Shown: positions 31,578 to 43,000 of the stretch, piece after piece | Numbering within the stretch: position 1 is the stretch's first letter | Layout of the letters: every line of letters begins with the position of its first letter | DNA from: Prasinococcaceae sp. CCMP 1430 | Taxonomy: Eukaryota; Plantae; Prasinodermophyta | Reading direction: 5' to 3' | Length of the DNA stretch: 64,000 bases | Assembly: GCA_013416795.1 (NCBI GenBank) | Contig: RQSC01000028.1 | Coordinates: 342,534 to 406,533, forward strand | The notes under the pieces: generated by a model | Told to the model about the DNA's origin: nothing | The model's database searches: none | Seen by the model: only the letters and a program-made list of their open reading frames with translations | Made by a program: the position numbers and the translations under genes

Positions 31578-32473
31578 TTACTCGATGATGGCCACGCCGC
31601 CCACCGCCTCGAGCTTCTTGACAATTTCCTCGGCCTCCTCCTTCTTGAGGCCGGTGGCGAGCGTCGCAGGCGCCTTCTCGACGAGCTCCTTGGCATCTTT
31701 GAGACCCAGGTCGGGCTTGATTGCGCGCACCTCCTTGATGAGTTTGATCTTCGTCGCCGCATCGAACTTCTCCAGCTTCACGTCGAAGGCAGTCTTCTCC
31801 TCTACCTGGGCCGCAGCCGCATCGCCCGCCCCAGCATCGCCACCCGGGGCGCCGCCCATCATGGGCATGCCCATGGGCATGCCGACGGGCATTGCGGGCG
31901 CGTCCGGCAAGCCCAGCTTCTTTTTGATCACCTGCACCGCCGAGAAACAGCGAGCGAGCGAGCGAGCGAGCGAGCGCAAGGGACGGGGCGAGGGTGGTCG
32001 GATGTGCATGCGCGTGTTGGCGTGGCACGCGGCCGTCGCGTCAGCAAAAGGCATTCCCTCTGCGACAGAGTCGGCGCGAGGAGCTCTTAGGTCAAAGTGC
32101 GCGCCGCGTGGCAGGCACTTCCAGCGGTGAGCGGCACGCGGCGTCGCGAACAGCGGCTTTACATTGCACCGCGCACCTTTGTGAGGTCGGCCACCTCGAT
32201 AAGGTTGAGCTCGGCAATCTGGTCGGCGAGCGCGACCACGCGCTCGGACGGCTCACGCTCGTCGGCCTCGGAAAAGCCGGCGTCGTCCTGGCCCTCAGCG
32301 TCGGCCGCGAACCCGCGCTGCAGCGACGTCGAGAGGAAGCGCCGGGCGGCAGCGGTCGCAGCAGCGGCGGGGCAGTGGGGGCGCGCGCCGTGCAGCGCCG
32401 TACGTCCAATGGCGGCGGCGGCGGCGCCCGGCGTCGCGCGGCAGAGCGCCGCGCGGCGGGCGAGCGAGGCCAT
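31578..32473 (-). CDS. rplL: Organellar (likely mitochondrial) ribosomal protein bL12 (L7/L12)
   Basis: Transit peptide, [22 protein letters not shown], intron 31932-32176, then [14 protein letters not shown]...KIKLIKEVR...[14 protein letters not shown]. Confidence 0.93.
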
Positions 32474-32874
32474 CCTCACAAGCGAGCCTAGCCGCGGCGG
32501 GGCAGCGTGGGGCCGCCGGACGCACGCGGCACCGTCGGCAGGCCGCGCGCGAGGGCGCGCGCTCTGGCGCCTGCCCTAACCGCGTGATGAGCGCAGCAGG
32601 GCCTGCAATTTTCCACATATCTAATCTCTCCCATATCCAGAAATAAAAGTCGCAATTGAATCATGCAAGTACAAACGACGGAATTAAATCTTATTGGATT
32701 GCATTGGCTTGGCAGCGCGCGGCGAGCGCGCCCTAGCGGCCAGGGGGGGAGAGGAGGCGGGGGCGGGGGAAGGGAGGGAGAGAGGCGGGTGGGGTTGGTC
32801 GCCGCGCCAGAGCGCGCGCGCGCGGCGCGCTGCGGCGTCCGCCTGCCCCGCTTTCACTCCCTTCCGCGCGCGCG

Positions 32875-34574
32875 ATGGCGCTGGCGATGCGCCGCGCGGC
32901 CGCGCTTCCGCGTCGGCGTCCGCCGATGGCAGCGGCGCTGGCGGCGCGGGGCCGACGGCGGCGAGCGACTTCGCGCGCGTGGAGCGTACGGAGCGGCGCA
33001 GGGAGCGGGCTGGGACCGCGGGGCCGCGTCGGCGCGTTGGTGGCCGGCGCGGGGACTCTGTTGACCCGTTTGCAGCGCGGGGGCGCGGGGGCAGGACGCC
33101 GGCGCCGGAGAAGCAGCAGGACGACGCCCGCGACGAGCTTGGCTTCCGGCGCGATGGCCCGGACGCGTGGGTGAGCCGCATGGTTAATACCGACACGCAC
33201 GCGCCCCTTGAGCCCGCGCGGCCCGCGCCGCCGCCGGCCGAGTGGACCGCACCTGGAGTTGACGCTGCCAACGCGGTGTACCTGCTGCCGCGCGACCTCT
33301 CCGCTGCGCTGCCCGAGGGGCTGCCCCGGCCGCTGCTGCGCGAGATCGAGGCCTGCGGGGACAGCGACGCTGCGCGAGGCGTGCTTGTGCGTGCGCCGCT
33401 GCTCGAGCTGATGGGGACCCTCGATGCCGCGCAGCGGCTGCCGGCAGGCGGACTCGCTGCGGCCGAACGCGCGCCAGCAGGGCTGACGCCAGGCGAGGCG
33501 GCTGCGTTCGAGGCGGCGGCGGCGCGCGCGACGAGCGGCCGCCACGTGCAGTTGGATGGCGCGCGCGCTAGTGGAAAGAGCGTCGCCCTCGCGCTGCTGG
33601 TGCACTGGGCGCGCGCAAACGGCTGGCTTGCTATGTACGTTCCGGATGCATCCGTAATCACACGCGGCCGCGTGGGCCCAAAGCCGCTCGGCTACGTCGC
33701 CCGCGCGCCGGGCGACGACTCGACGCTGGGCTGGGATAGCCCTGACGTGGCGGCAGAGATGCTTCGGCACATGGTGGATGCGCACGCCGATGAGCTTGCT
33801 GAGCTTCCCGTCACGGATGTGACCGCTGGCGTCGCGGGCGCGCCCGAGGCGAAGACTCTGCTCGAGCTCTGCGAGAAGGTGAGCCGTCAGCGCACGCGTG
33901 CGCGCGCTCGCGCGCGCTTCGCTTGCGGTAGCTCTTATGCGAGTCGACCCGCACCTTGGTCCGCGCGAGCGCTCATGGCGGGCAGCTGCTGACGCCCCGC
34001 TCGCTTGTGCGGCACGCAGGGCATCGAGGCCGAGGTGGCGCACGCGACAGGCTCTGTGGTCGCGCTGCGCGCAGAGCTCGGGCGCGTCACCAAATACCCC
34101 GTGCTGGTGGCGGTCGACTCGGCGAATGCGCTGTACGCTGACAGCGCATTCGTGGAGCCCAGCCGCAAGCTGGACAAGCTGCGGCCTATCCATGCGTCGG
34201 AGCTGCGTCTCGCTCGTGCATTCGGCGCTGGCTCGTACGAGCCCGCATGGGACACGCCTTTCGCTGCCGGCGGCGACGCGGCCGCGCCGGGCATGCTAGG
34301 CGACTTTTCGTGGGCGGAGGTCGCGCGTGGTAGCGTGGTGAGCGCGCTGACGCACTCCTCGCACGGTGTGAGCCCCAAGGCCATCAAGCCGCCCGCGCGC
34401 CTGGGCGCGCGCGTGCAGATGCCGCGGTACACGCTACCAGAGTGCAAGGCGCTGCTCTCGTATTGGGGCGCAGCGGGCATCTCGCGTCGCGTTGACGCCG
34501 ACGAGGCGCTCAAGCTGCGCGCGCTCACGAACGGCAACGGCGCGGAGCTGCGCACAGTCGCTCGTTCGCTGTGA
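32875..34574 (+). CDS. DAP3: Mitochondrial ribosomal protein mS29 / DAP3; start and first exon uncertain
   Basis: P-loop LDGARASGKSVALALLVHWARANGWLAMYVP, intron 33879-34019, then KYPVLVAVDSANALY, RVQMPRYT..E...LL.YW and LTNGNGAELR. Confidence 0.85.
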
Positions 34575-34778
34575 GCGCGCTCGTTCGCCGGAATTTTGCG
34601 CCATTGTAACCCACTCAATTTTTCTCTGCTCTCGAGCAGGCGACCGAGCGCATCCCCCCCCCCCCCTCTTACCCACGCGCGAGTGCCACGGGCTTCGCAC
34701 CGCGCCACATCGACTGATATGACCAACCCTTCTCATTAATTGGCGTGCACGCGCCCGTCTTGTGCCCACTCCAGCTCC

Positions 34779-37700
34779 TCAGCCCTGCAGCTCGACGCGC
34801 AGCGCAGGCGCCACCTTGGCAACACGAGCCATGGTCCTCTCCCACAGGCTGCTGCCATCCTCCGAGCTCACAGGCGTGAGAACGCCCTCCGAGTGCATGA
34901 CTAGGAGCATGTTCTTGAGCACGTGCGGCACCATGTCGCCCTGGAAGTCGTCGCCAACATGCAGCTTGCGCGTCGTGAAGGCCTCCATAGCGTCGATGAC
35001 GTCGAACCACAGCTTCGCGAAACTCTCCTCGCCCATTGTCGCCAGCGGCTGGACGCGTGCAAGGAACACGCGGCTCATCAGCGTCAACGATCCCTTGAGG
35101 GTGACGTCCAGGTCAGCATACGCCTTGACCGAGGCGCGCGTGGCGGCAAGCTCGAGAAGCTCGGACTGCAATGGCAGCACGAGGCTCTCAATACACAGCA
35201 CCCACAGATCGCCTTGCATGTCGTTGACCACGTCCGAGAGCAGCAGCCGCTGCAGCAGCAGCATCGCATGCTGGCGCGGCGCAACGGCCTCCGTGAGCAC
35301 AACGGCCGCCAGCGCGCGCAGCAGCAGCATCCACATCTCAGCCGCCTGTGCGGCCGCAGTGGCTGCCTCCGCGGGCGTCAGCCCGCCTCCACCGCCGTTG
35401 GCGGAGCCCGCCGCCTGGCGGGCAGCCGCAGATGCGCTCGCCGCCCAGCGACCGACACTCGTGCCCATCGCACCGATGAGGTCCAACGTAGCGACCGCGC
35501 GCTCGTCGCCGCCCGCGCGGCTGCTCGCGAAAGCCTGCGCGGCGTCGAGAGCGGGCACGAAGTTCACAGGCGTGATGAGCGTGCCGTTCTCCGCTATGTG
35601 GCGCAGCGCGGCGAAACCTGCAGCGGAGGCCTCCGGATGGCCTGCACTCAGTGCCAGCAAGGAGCACACGGCCTTCCAGCTCGCCGCAGAGCGGATGTAC
35701 GCCGCATTAGCAGTCACCAGGCCTTGGACCTGCACGCACGCAACATCGTCGCCACAGCCACGCAGCGGGGGGTCAGCGCAATGGCCTCTCTCACCCGCGC
35801 ACCGCAGAGAGCGGAGCGAGCCCTCAGAGTCATGGAAGTTTGGTTGTCTGCATGCATATCGAGCGGATGTAACGCCGCCCGCTCAGTGAAATCCGCTAAT
35901 ATGCGTCGTCCTTGGGCGCCGCACAGCGGCAAGCGCTCGCTCGCCATTTCCACACCTACAAGACTCCGAGCACACACACACGCTCTCCCACGCACCTCGA
36001 CAGTGATTTTGCCGGCCAGCGTCCACGCGATGTCCGCATCGAGCTTGATGACGTACTGAAGGCTGCGCAGCAGCTCATCCGCAAGGTCCTCCTTGTACGG
36101 CAGCAGGCGCGAACACAGGTGCAGCAGCCCGAGCACCGCACGCTCCACGAGCCGCGTATGCCGCCGCGCGTCAACTATGATGCCCGCAACATGCTCGTGC
36201 ACGAGCGGCCAAAGCAGGCCGATGCGATCGCGATTTCGCAGCGTGATCGCCAGCAGCAGCGACAGGCAGACCTCCGCGATGTCCTCATCGGCAGGCGCAC
36301 CACTGCCACCCTGGGAGCCGCCACCGCCGCCCTCGCCAGGCGCCTGCCCGCTGGCCCACACGAGGCTGCGCGCGAGGTATAGCAGGCTACTGTTCTGCAT
36401 AAACTTGGTGTCGGCGAAGAGCTCGTCAATGCGCAATGCCTCAACGCAACGCGCGGTGCGCTCCTGCGCCTCCTCGTCCACCGGGCCGCCGCGCGCATCG
36501 GAGTCTGCGCCACTGCTCTCGCCCTCCGCCGTCAGGAACATCGCAAACCGCCCGAAAATGCCCTTACCACTGTCGTCCTCCTCCTCGGGCAGCGCGCGGT
36601 CCGACGAGCCTCCTGCGGGGGTGGTCGAGGCATCAGGGAAGTCTTGAGCCTGTGTCACCTCCGGCGGGAGGAGGCCGAGCTTGTGCAGCCGCAAGATGCA
36701 GTCGAGGATATTCTTCCAGCCACCCTGTACGCAGTCTCCAAAGCGGCTGGCTATAGAGAACACTGTCACCGTCGCCATGCGCGCCTTGGTGTTGCGCCCG
36801 AAGACCACTGCGGGCTTGTCTGGCATCGCCAGCGGGTTAAGTACTGCTGTGAAGCGGCACAGGCTCACCACGAGGTTGTCCACGACGTCGTGCAGGCCGT
36901 AGTGCGCAGCCACCTCGGCGATCGCCAGGAAGCCGTCCAGCATTGATCGAAGCACATCCTCGTCCTGCGTCATATCGTACACGGCGGTGATGGCAGCGGC
37001 CGCGGGCCCCCACACAATGCCAAAAATATCCCTGTCGTACGCTCCCTCAAGCGCACAGCTGACCAGTGGCGAGGGCCGCGCGTCATGGGCACCGCCGGCG
37101 CTGCCAGTACCGCTGGCAGAGGTGGTCTCCGACTGCATCTTGATCTCGCACGACTGAATCTGCTCGTACACATGTACCAGCAGCTCGCGTGGGATATCAT
37201 CGCCGTCGTTGATCTGCCTGTTGTTGCGCACAAACTGGTCGAGCGTCATCTTTTTCTTGACCTGCGATGACCACAAGTCCGTATTGAGCATGATGATGCT
37301 GTACGAGAGCACATACGCTGCATCTTCATTCTTGAGGCACCTCCACTCGTTGTCATCGCCGCGCGTGGCCTCGAAGTACTTTCGCGCGAAGATCTCAAGG
37401 ATGCGCGCAATCTTCTGCGCCTCTCCCGGCAGGCGGAAGCTCTCGAGGAACGAGCGGAGCGCAGCGTCAACGCTCTGCCCAGCGAAGTCAAACGAATCAA
37501 CAAACGCCGACAGCACAGCCACCTTGAAGTCATCCGGGTCGCCCAAGTATTCGCCCAAGTGCGCCTTGGACAGCCCCGGCGTGTACCGGAAGAAGTTGGC
37601 TACGCTTTGTGGGTCGAGGTCCTTCGGCAGGAGGTTGATCTGCTGCAGGAACTCGAAGCCCTTCTTCGGATCGCGGTTGAAGTGGTCGGTGCCGACGACC

Positions 37701-39268
37701 ATGCGGCGCTTGTAGTATTTCATCGCGCGCAGGTGTGACACCCACGCCACGGGGTCCGACGGGTCGCACTTGCTGTTCCAGATGTTGATGTACTCGGTAG
37801 CGTCCGACGGCTGCGGCAGGGCCGCCACCTTCGCGAGCACTGCGTCCGGGGTGGGCGAGCTGCACCTGTCGGCGATGCTGTGCGTGACTACAAGCAGCCC
37901 CTCAAGGCTGAGCAGGTGTACGCTGCGCAGCGGCGGGCTAACCGGGAAGGCATTCTTGGACAGGAGCGTGCAGATCGCCTCGAAAACATTGGCGGACTGC
38001 AGGTCACAGTCGTAGTTGGCGAACATGTCCGGCATGAAGTTCGGCTGGCGGCACAGGTCGACAAGCGCCTCGACAGCGACCTCCTGCTGGTTGTACGAGC
38101 TCGCCTTGCCGTCGGCCACCCTCAACAGCACATCAGTCACAAAGGTTTCCATGTTGGTCTTGATGTGCTCAGGGATGAGCACGTACAGGTTGAAGACAAT
38201 GGAGCAAACCTGCGACAGGACGAGCGCGTTGGGGCTCAAGCCCAGGCGGTAGAGCGCGGGGAAGAGCGCCGTCTGCACGAGAAGCACGAGGCCGGGGGCG
38301 TTGCGCACGCTCTCACCGCAACTCTCTAGCGCCGCGTTGATGAGAGACAGACCCAGCAGGGGCAATTCATCACTTTCCTCGTTGTCTGCGTGCGCTGCGA
38401 GGTTGCACATGAAGGAGAAAATCTCCTCGGCGGCGGGGGCGAGCTCGGCCCCCTCCTCCTGCTGCTGCTGCGGTGCCGCGGCGCCCCCTTCTGTCTGTGT
38501 CTGCGGCTGCTGCGAATCCTCCTGCGCGTCGCCTCCGCCGGCCGTCTCGCCGTTACCCTCCGCCGGCGCGCGCGCCGCTGCAACAGCGGATGCCACAGCG
38601 CCCTCCTCGCTACCACTGCCACCGTCTGTCTCGAGCCGCGCATACACGCACCGCACGATCTCGAGTAGCGTCGAGCAGCTCAGGCGACGCAGCAGCCCGC
38701 CATCTTGCTGGTGCCCGATCCTGAAGCACGCCTGCACAATGGAGCTCATGTCTGCGTCAGAGATGCACTGTCCTGCGCCACATTGAACGCAGGCGCTCAG
38801 AGTTTGCAGGATGCGGACGAGCACTGCCTCGTCGGCGACGGCGTCAGTCGCCTCGAAGCGACAGTGAGTGACGGCGTCGACTATGGCGTGCATGGCATCA
38901 GCCGCGAACGCGCCGGTAGAGTCTACCAGGCCGAGGCTGGTGAACTTGTGCACGGCAGCGAGCGCCGCTCCGGTGATCGGTCCGGACGTCTCCGCCGAGC
39001 GCACGACCTCCAGAAACGGTGCAAGGTACAGCACGGGAGACACCGCGCAGAAGTCGCGCCAGCTGAAGAGCTGGCGGCGCAGCGCAACGAGGTCCCCGAA
39101 GAGCGCCCCTTCACCGACCTCCTGTTCGCCCAGCGCCATGTCGAGCTGTCCCGCCCGCGCCCAGCGGGCGTTCTGCCGCATCAGTGCCATGACTCTGGCG
39201 GCCTCGCTGTTGATCAGAGGCGCGGGCCTGCGGGCCGCGCGCGCAGCGTCGAGGTTCGCCGAAACCAT
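34779..39268 (-). CDS. GBF1: Large ARF guanine-nucleotide exchange factor, GNOM/GBF1 family (Sec7 domain)
   Basis: Motifs: YLAPFLEVVRSAETSGPITG, HCRFEATD, NYDCD...NVFE, HFNRDPKKG, FRLPGEAQKIARILE.FA (Sec7 catalytic Glu), LSYSIIMLNTD, GWKNILDCILRL. Intron 35730-35995. Confidence 0.95.
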
Positions 39269-39769
39269 CGCGCCCCTCAACACTGAGCGTGCTGCCCAGC
39301 TGCCTCACCACCAAGTCCTCGCCCCCAAGAACCCACCCTGCACCCGCACGGGCGCGTGGCGCAGCGCACACACGTGCCTGCGCGCCGCCCCTAAATAAAG
39401 ACGGGGACGCGGACCAACCGGCGCGCCGGCGCGCAGCGCGCGCGCGCGCCGGCACGCCCCGCCCCTTCCCTTTTGTGTGCCGCCGGCGCCGCCACGCACC
39501 TCGCCGGCCGGCCGGCCCGGCCGGCTGCCACTACGGCTCTGCGCGCCGTCACGCCCCCATCAAAACGCACTCATTTTTCACCCCCCTTCGCGCGCGGGCT
39601 GTTGCGCGGCCGGATCGGCGCCCTGCCTCGCGAGAAAGTTTCCGCTTCGGTATTTCGGCCCGTCCATCTCCCGCAAAACCCAAACCACACCTCCTTTTCA
39701 AGTGCATGTGCAGACCCCGCCCACGCCCATTTTCACCTTGCGGTGAAGTTTACGGACGCGACGTCACAA

Positions 39770-39895
39770 TTCGAAGGCAAACAACTCGCGCCCGTCCGCG
39801 TCCCACTCCAGACGTCGACCGTCCGCATGTTAAGGGTATCGTAATTATAGGGTTTGTAGTATACGTCTGCGCGAAGGCGGGCGCGCGTGGCGGGA
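39770..39895. promoter_or_regulatory. GBF1/SCC2 divergent promoter with CHR-like, telo-box-like and E2F-like motifs
   Basis: TTCGAA 39770-39775, TAGGGTTT 39848-39855, GCGCGCGTGGCGGGA 39881-39895. Confidence 0.45.
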
Positions 39896-40089
39896 GGCGC
39901 ATTGCGGCGCGTGCGTTTTGGCCTCGGCGGCGAGAGGCGCGGAGGCGTGTCGAAAATCGCGCAGAGGCGGGCGTGCGCGGCGGGGCGGGGAGCGTGTGTG
40001 TGTGCCGGGGGTGTGTGGGTGTGTGGGGGGGTGGCGGGCGCGCCACAGCGGGCGCACGGCGCGCGGTGCGTCGGTGCACGCCCCTGGCG

Positions 40090-43000
40090 ATGGCCGCGCC
40101 GCCGCCGAGTTTGACGGCCGTCGGCGCGGCGGCAGGGGCGCTGCCGCCGCTGCGCTTGCTGCGGCCGCCAGTGGTGGGCGTGGCGCTCGCGATGGAGGCG
40201 AGCAGCGACGCCGAGGGCGATGCTCCGATTCTCAAGGAGGCGGCGGCGGACGAGGAAGTCGTCGCCGCCGCGAGGAGCATGCTCGAGGGCGCGAACATGA
40301 AACACGCTGCGCCGGGCCGCTCGGGCGTGACGGGGGCGCCGCCGGCACGAGGCGGGGGCGGCCCGCTCCTGGACGCTCTCGGGGCTGAGGTCTTTGACAT
40401 GCGAGCCCTGATTGGCACGCCCAGGGCCCCCCACCGCGCTCCGAGCGGGAAGCGGGCAGTCGCCATGGCCAACGGTGCTACGCCCGTGAAGGACGCCGGT
40501 GCAGCGTTTGCGGCGTCACCAAAGCCTTCGCCCGCACGTGTGCGTGACACAATCCGGGCGAAGGGCGCGCGCGCGTCGAAGAGCGCCGCGGGCGGCACGC
40601 ACGCGCCGCAGGCGGACGCCGAGGAGATCGACGGCGACAGCGATGACGATTTCGAGATGCCAGACGACCCGATGGCAGCCATCGAGGAGCAGCTCGAAGC
40701 GTGGGACAAGGAAAACGCGCTCGAGCCGAGCGCAGTGACGGAGCTTCGCACGGCGGTGCTGGGCGGCGCGAAGAGCGGCGCGCTCGCGAAGGCGCCCGAA
40801 GCAATGTTGCAGGAGCTCGTGAAGCTGCTGGACTGGCACGTGAAGCGTGCTGCCGACGGCAAGTTCGTGCTCGAAGAGGAGGCGACCGAGCTGGACGAGG
40901 AGCTAGACACGGGCCTCCACGCGTGCAGGGGTCTCCTGGCCGTTCTTGGCCTGCCCGAGCTGCCACGCAAGTGCTTCGTAGAAGAGGCGATCGAGCATGC
41001 CGTCGCGCTCGTCCGCGAGCAGGTCCATAACAGCGTGTTGCCCCTCTACGACGACGCTGTCGCCGTGCTCAAGGGCAGGGCGAAGGGCAAGACACCCGAG
41101 AAGGCGAGGACGCCGAAGAGTGCGAGGAAGGGGACGGCCGCCAAGGCCGCCAGCCGCGTCGCCGCCAAGCTGGTTGCGAAGACGGCCGAGTGCGTTGGCG
41201 GGCTGTCCGGCGTACTCGATGCGCCGGGGCCCTACAGCAGGCGGCCCCCCGATGCCGCCATGCTCCCGCTCACCGTGTCGTGCTGCACGTTGATCGCGTC
41301 GGCGTCAGTGCCGGCGACATTGCACAGACAGTGCGCCGAGTACATCGCCGCTTTCTTCGGCTCGTACGAGAGACACCGCGAAGTGGTACTTGACGAGCTC
41401 GCGAGTGTCGTCCCCAAGCTTCCCGCCAAGGGCAAGTCGATGCGCACCTTCATTCTGCAGGGCGAGGGTGGCAAGGTCGTGCAGGCAACCGCAGCGGCGC
41501 TCATGATGTGCGTGCAGCGAGCAGCGCGACTCCCCCTGGAGTCGTCAATCGCGGCAGATGCGGGTGCGCGCGCTGCCAAGACGGCTACTCCCGGCCGGGC
41601 GCCCGGCGCGGTCGAGGCCATGTGGCTGGCGGTGTGCAAGTCCGCAGACACCTTCTGGAGCCGGCTCTTCAAACACATGCGCCCCTACACTTCCGCCAAG
41701 AAGCAGGCCGACATCGACGTCAGGCCGCTCATGGTCAACTTGCTCACCGACCTTTTGGACTGCCGCGCAATGCCCGAGTGGCCCAGTGCCGCACTGCTGG
41801 TGCAGGTGCTTTGCCAGCATCTCCTCAAGGAGCATGGGCTTGAGTCCAAAGAGCCGACTGCTCGCTACATGGCGTACGGCTCCCTCGGCCAGATCGTCGC
41901 CACGCTCAAGGAAGACAAGCAGCGCGCTGACGAGCTCGCCGAGAGCGAGTCACTCTTTAGCGCGACTCTGACGCTCGGACAGATGGAGGACGACACGGGC
42001 GCGCCCTGGGAGCCCGCGCGTGCGCGCGAGGCTACGTGGCAGAGTGCAGGGAAAGCGCCCGGTGAGGGCGAGGAGTCGGGTGACGCCGGTGTGTGCACCG
42101 CCCTCATTGAGCGAGCAATGGCGCGAGCCAGCACTGCGCTTCGCTTCTCTGCCGGTGCTGCGGCTTTGGACGCTGCGGACGGCGGCGACACTGACATGGA
42201 CGATATCAGCGACGACAGCGACAACGAAGGCGCGACTCGGCGCTCAAGCAAGAAGGCAGGGGGGCAAACGACGGCGAAGGATCGGAGGATGGCGCCGGAG
42301 GAGGAAGGTCAGTTGCGCGCGGATGTGGTGTGCCAACAGGTCGCCTTGGACTATCTCGGGCAGCGCAAGTGTGCATCGAGCTCGCGGTCTACGCATGGCC
42401 ATGCGATGCGCGTGGCTCAGTGGTATTTCCTCGCTGCCAAGCAGCTACCGCCGGATGCTGCCGTCTCGAAACACGAGCGACTGCTGCGCTTCGCGCGCAC
42501 CCGCGGCGTGGGCTCGGGTCAATTCGAGAGCGCCGCTGTCGGTGCCCCGGTGGCTGCGAGCGCGGCGCGCGAGATGGCGAAGTCCGCAATCGTGTGTCTC
42601 TCTCAGAGCTCGGGCCTTGCTCGCACGGTGCCAGTGCTATCCGACCGCCTTCTCGGAGCCCTCAAGGCGGAGTCGGCTTCGAATTGTCGCGCGCGCGCTC
42701 TGAAGGCGCTTGCGCACATTGCGCAATCCGACCCAGCATTCATGTCTTTCCCTGCGGTGCGGTCTGTTGTGCACGCTCGCGCCGGCGACGAGTCAGCGCT
42801 CGTACGCGAGGCCGCTGTCGACCTCGTGGGTCGGCACGCCACGTCAAGGGGCCAGGCCGATGACGAGACCTTGGTGCTCCTCCACCGGCGTGCGGTGGAC
42901 ACGGCCGTGAGTGTGCGGAAGCGCGCGATCCTCGCTATGCGGGACGTCGTTACTGCCGGCACTGGCGGGTTTGGCGGTGTCGCCAGCGACTGCAAGGCCA

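Noticed and set aside
32584-32700. GTGATGA (C-box-like) at the start of an AT-rich patch, possible C/D snoRNA
   Set aside because: No D box (CTGA) or terminal stem at a suitable distance. The region is better explained as the bL12/DAP3 promoter.
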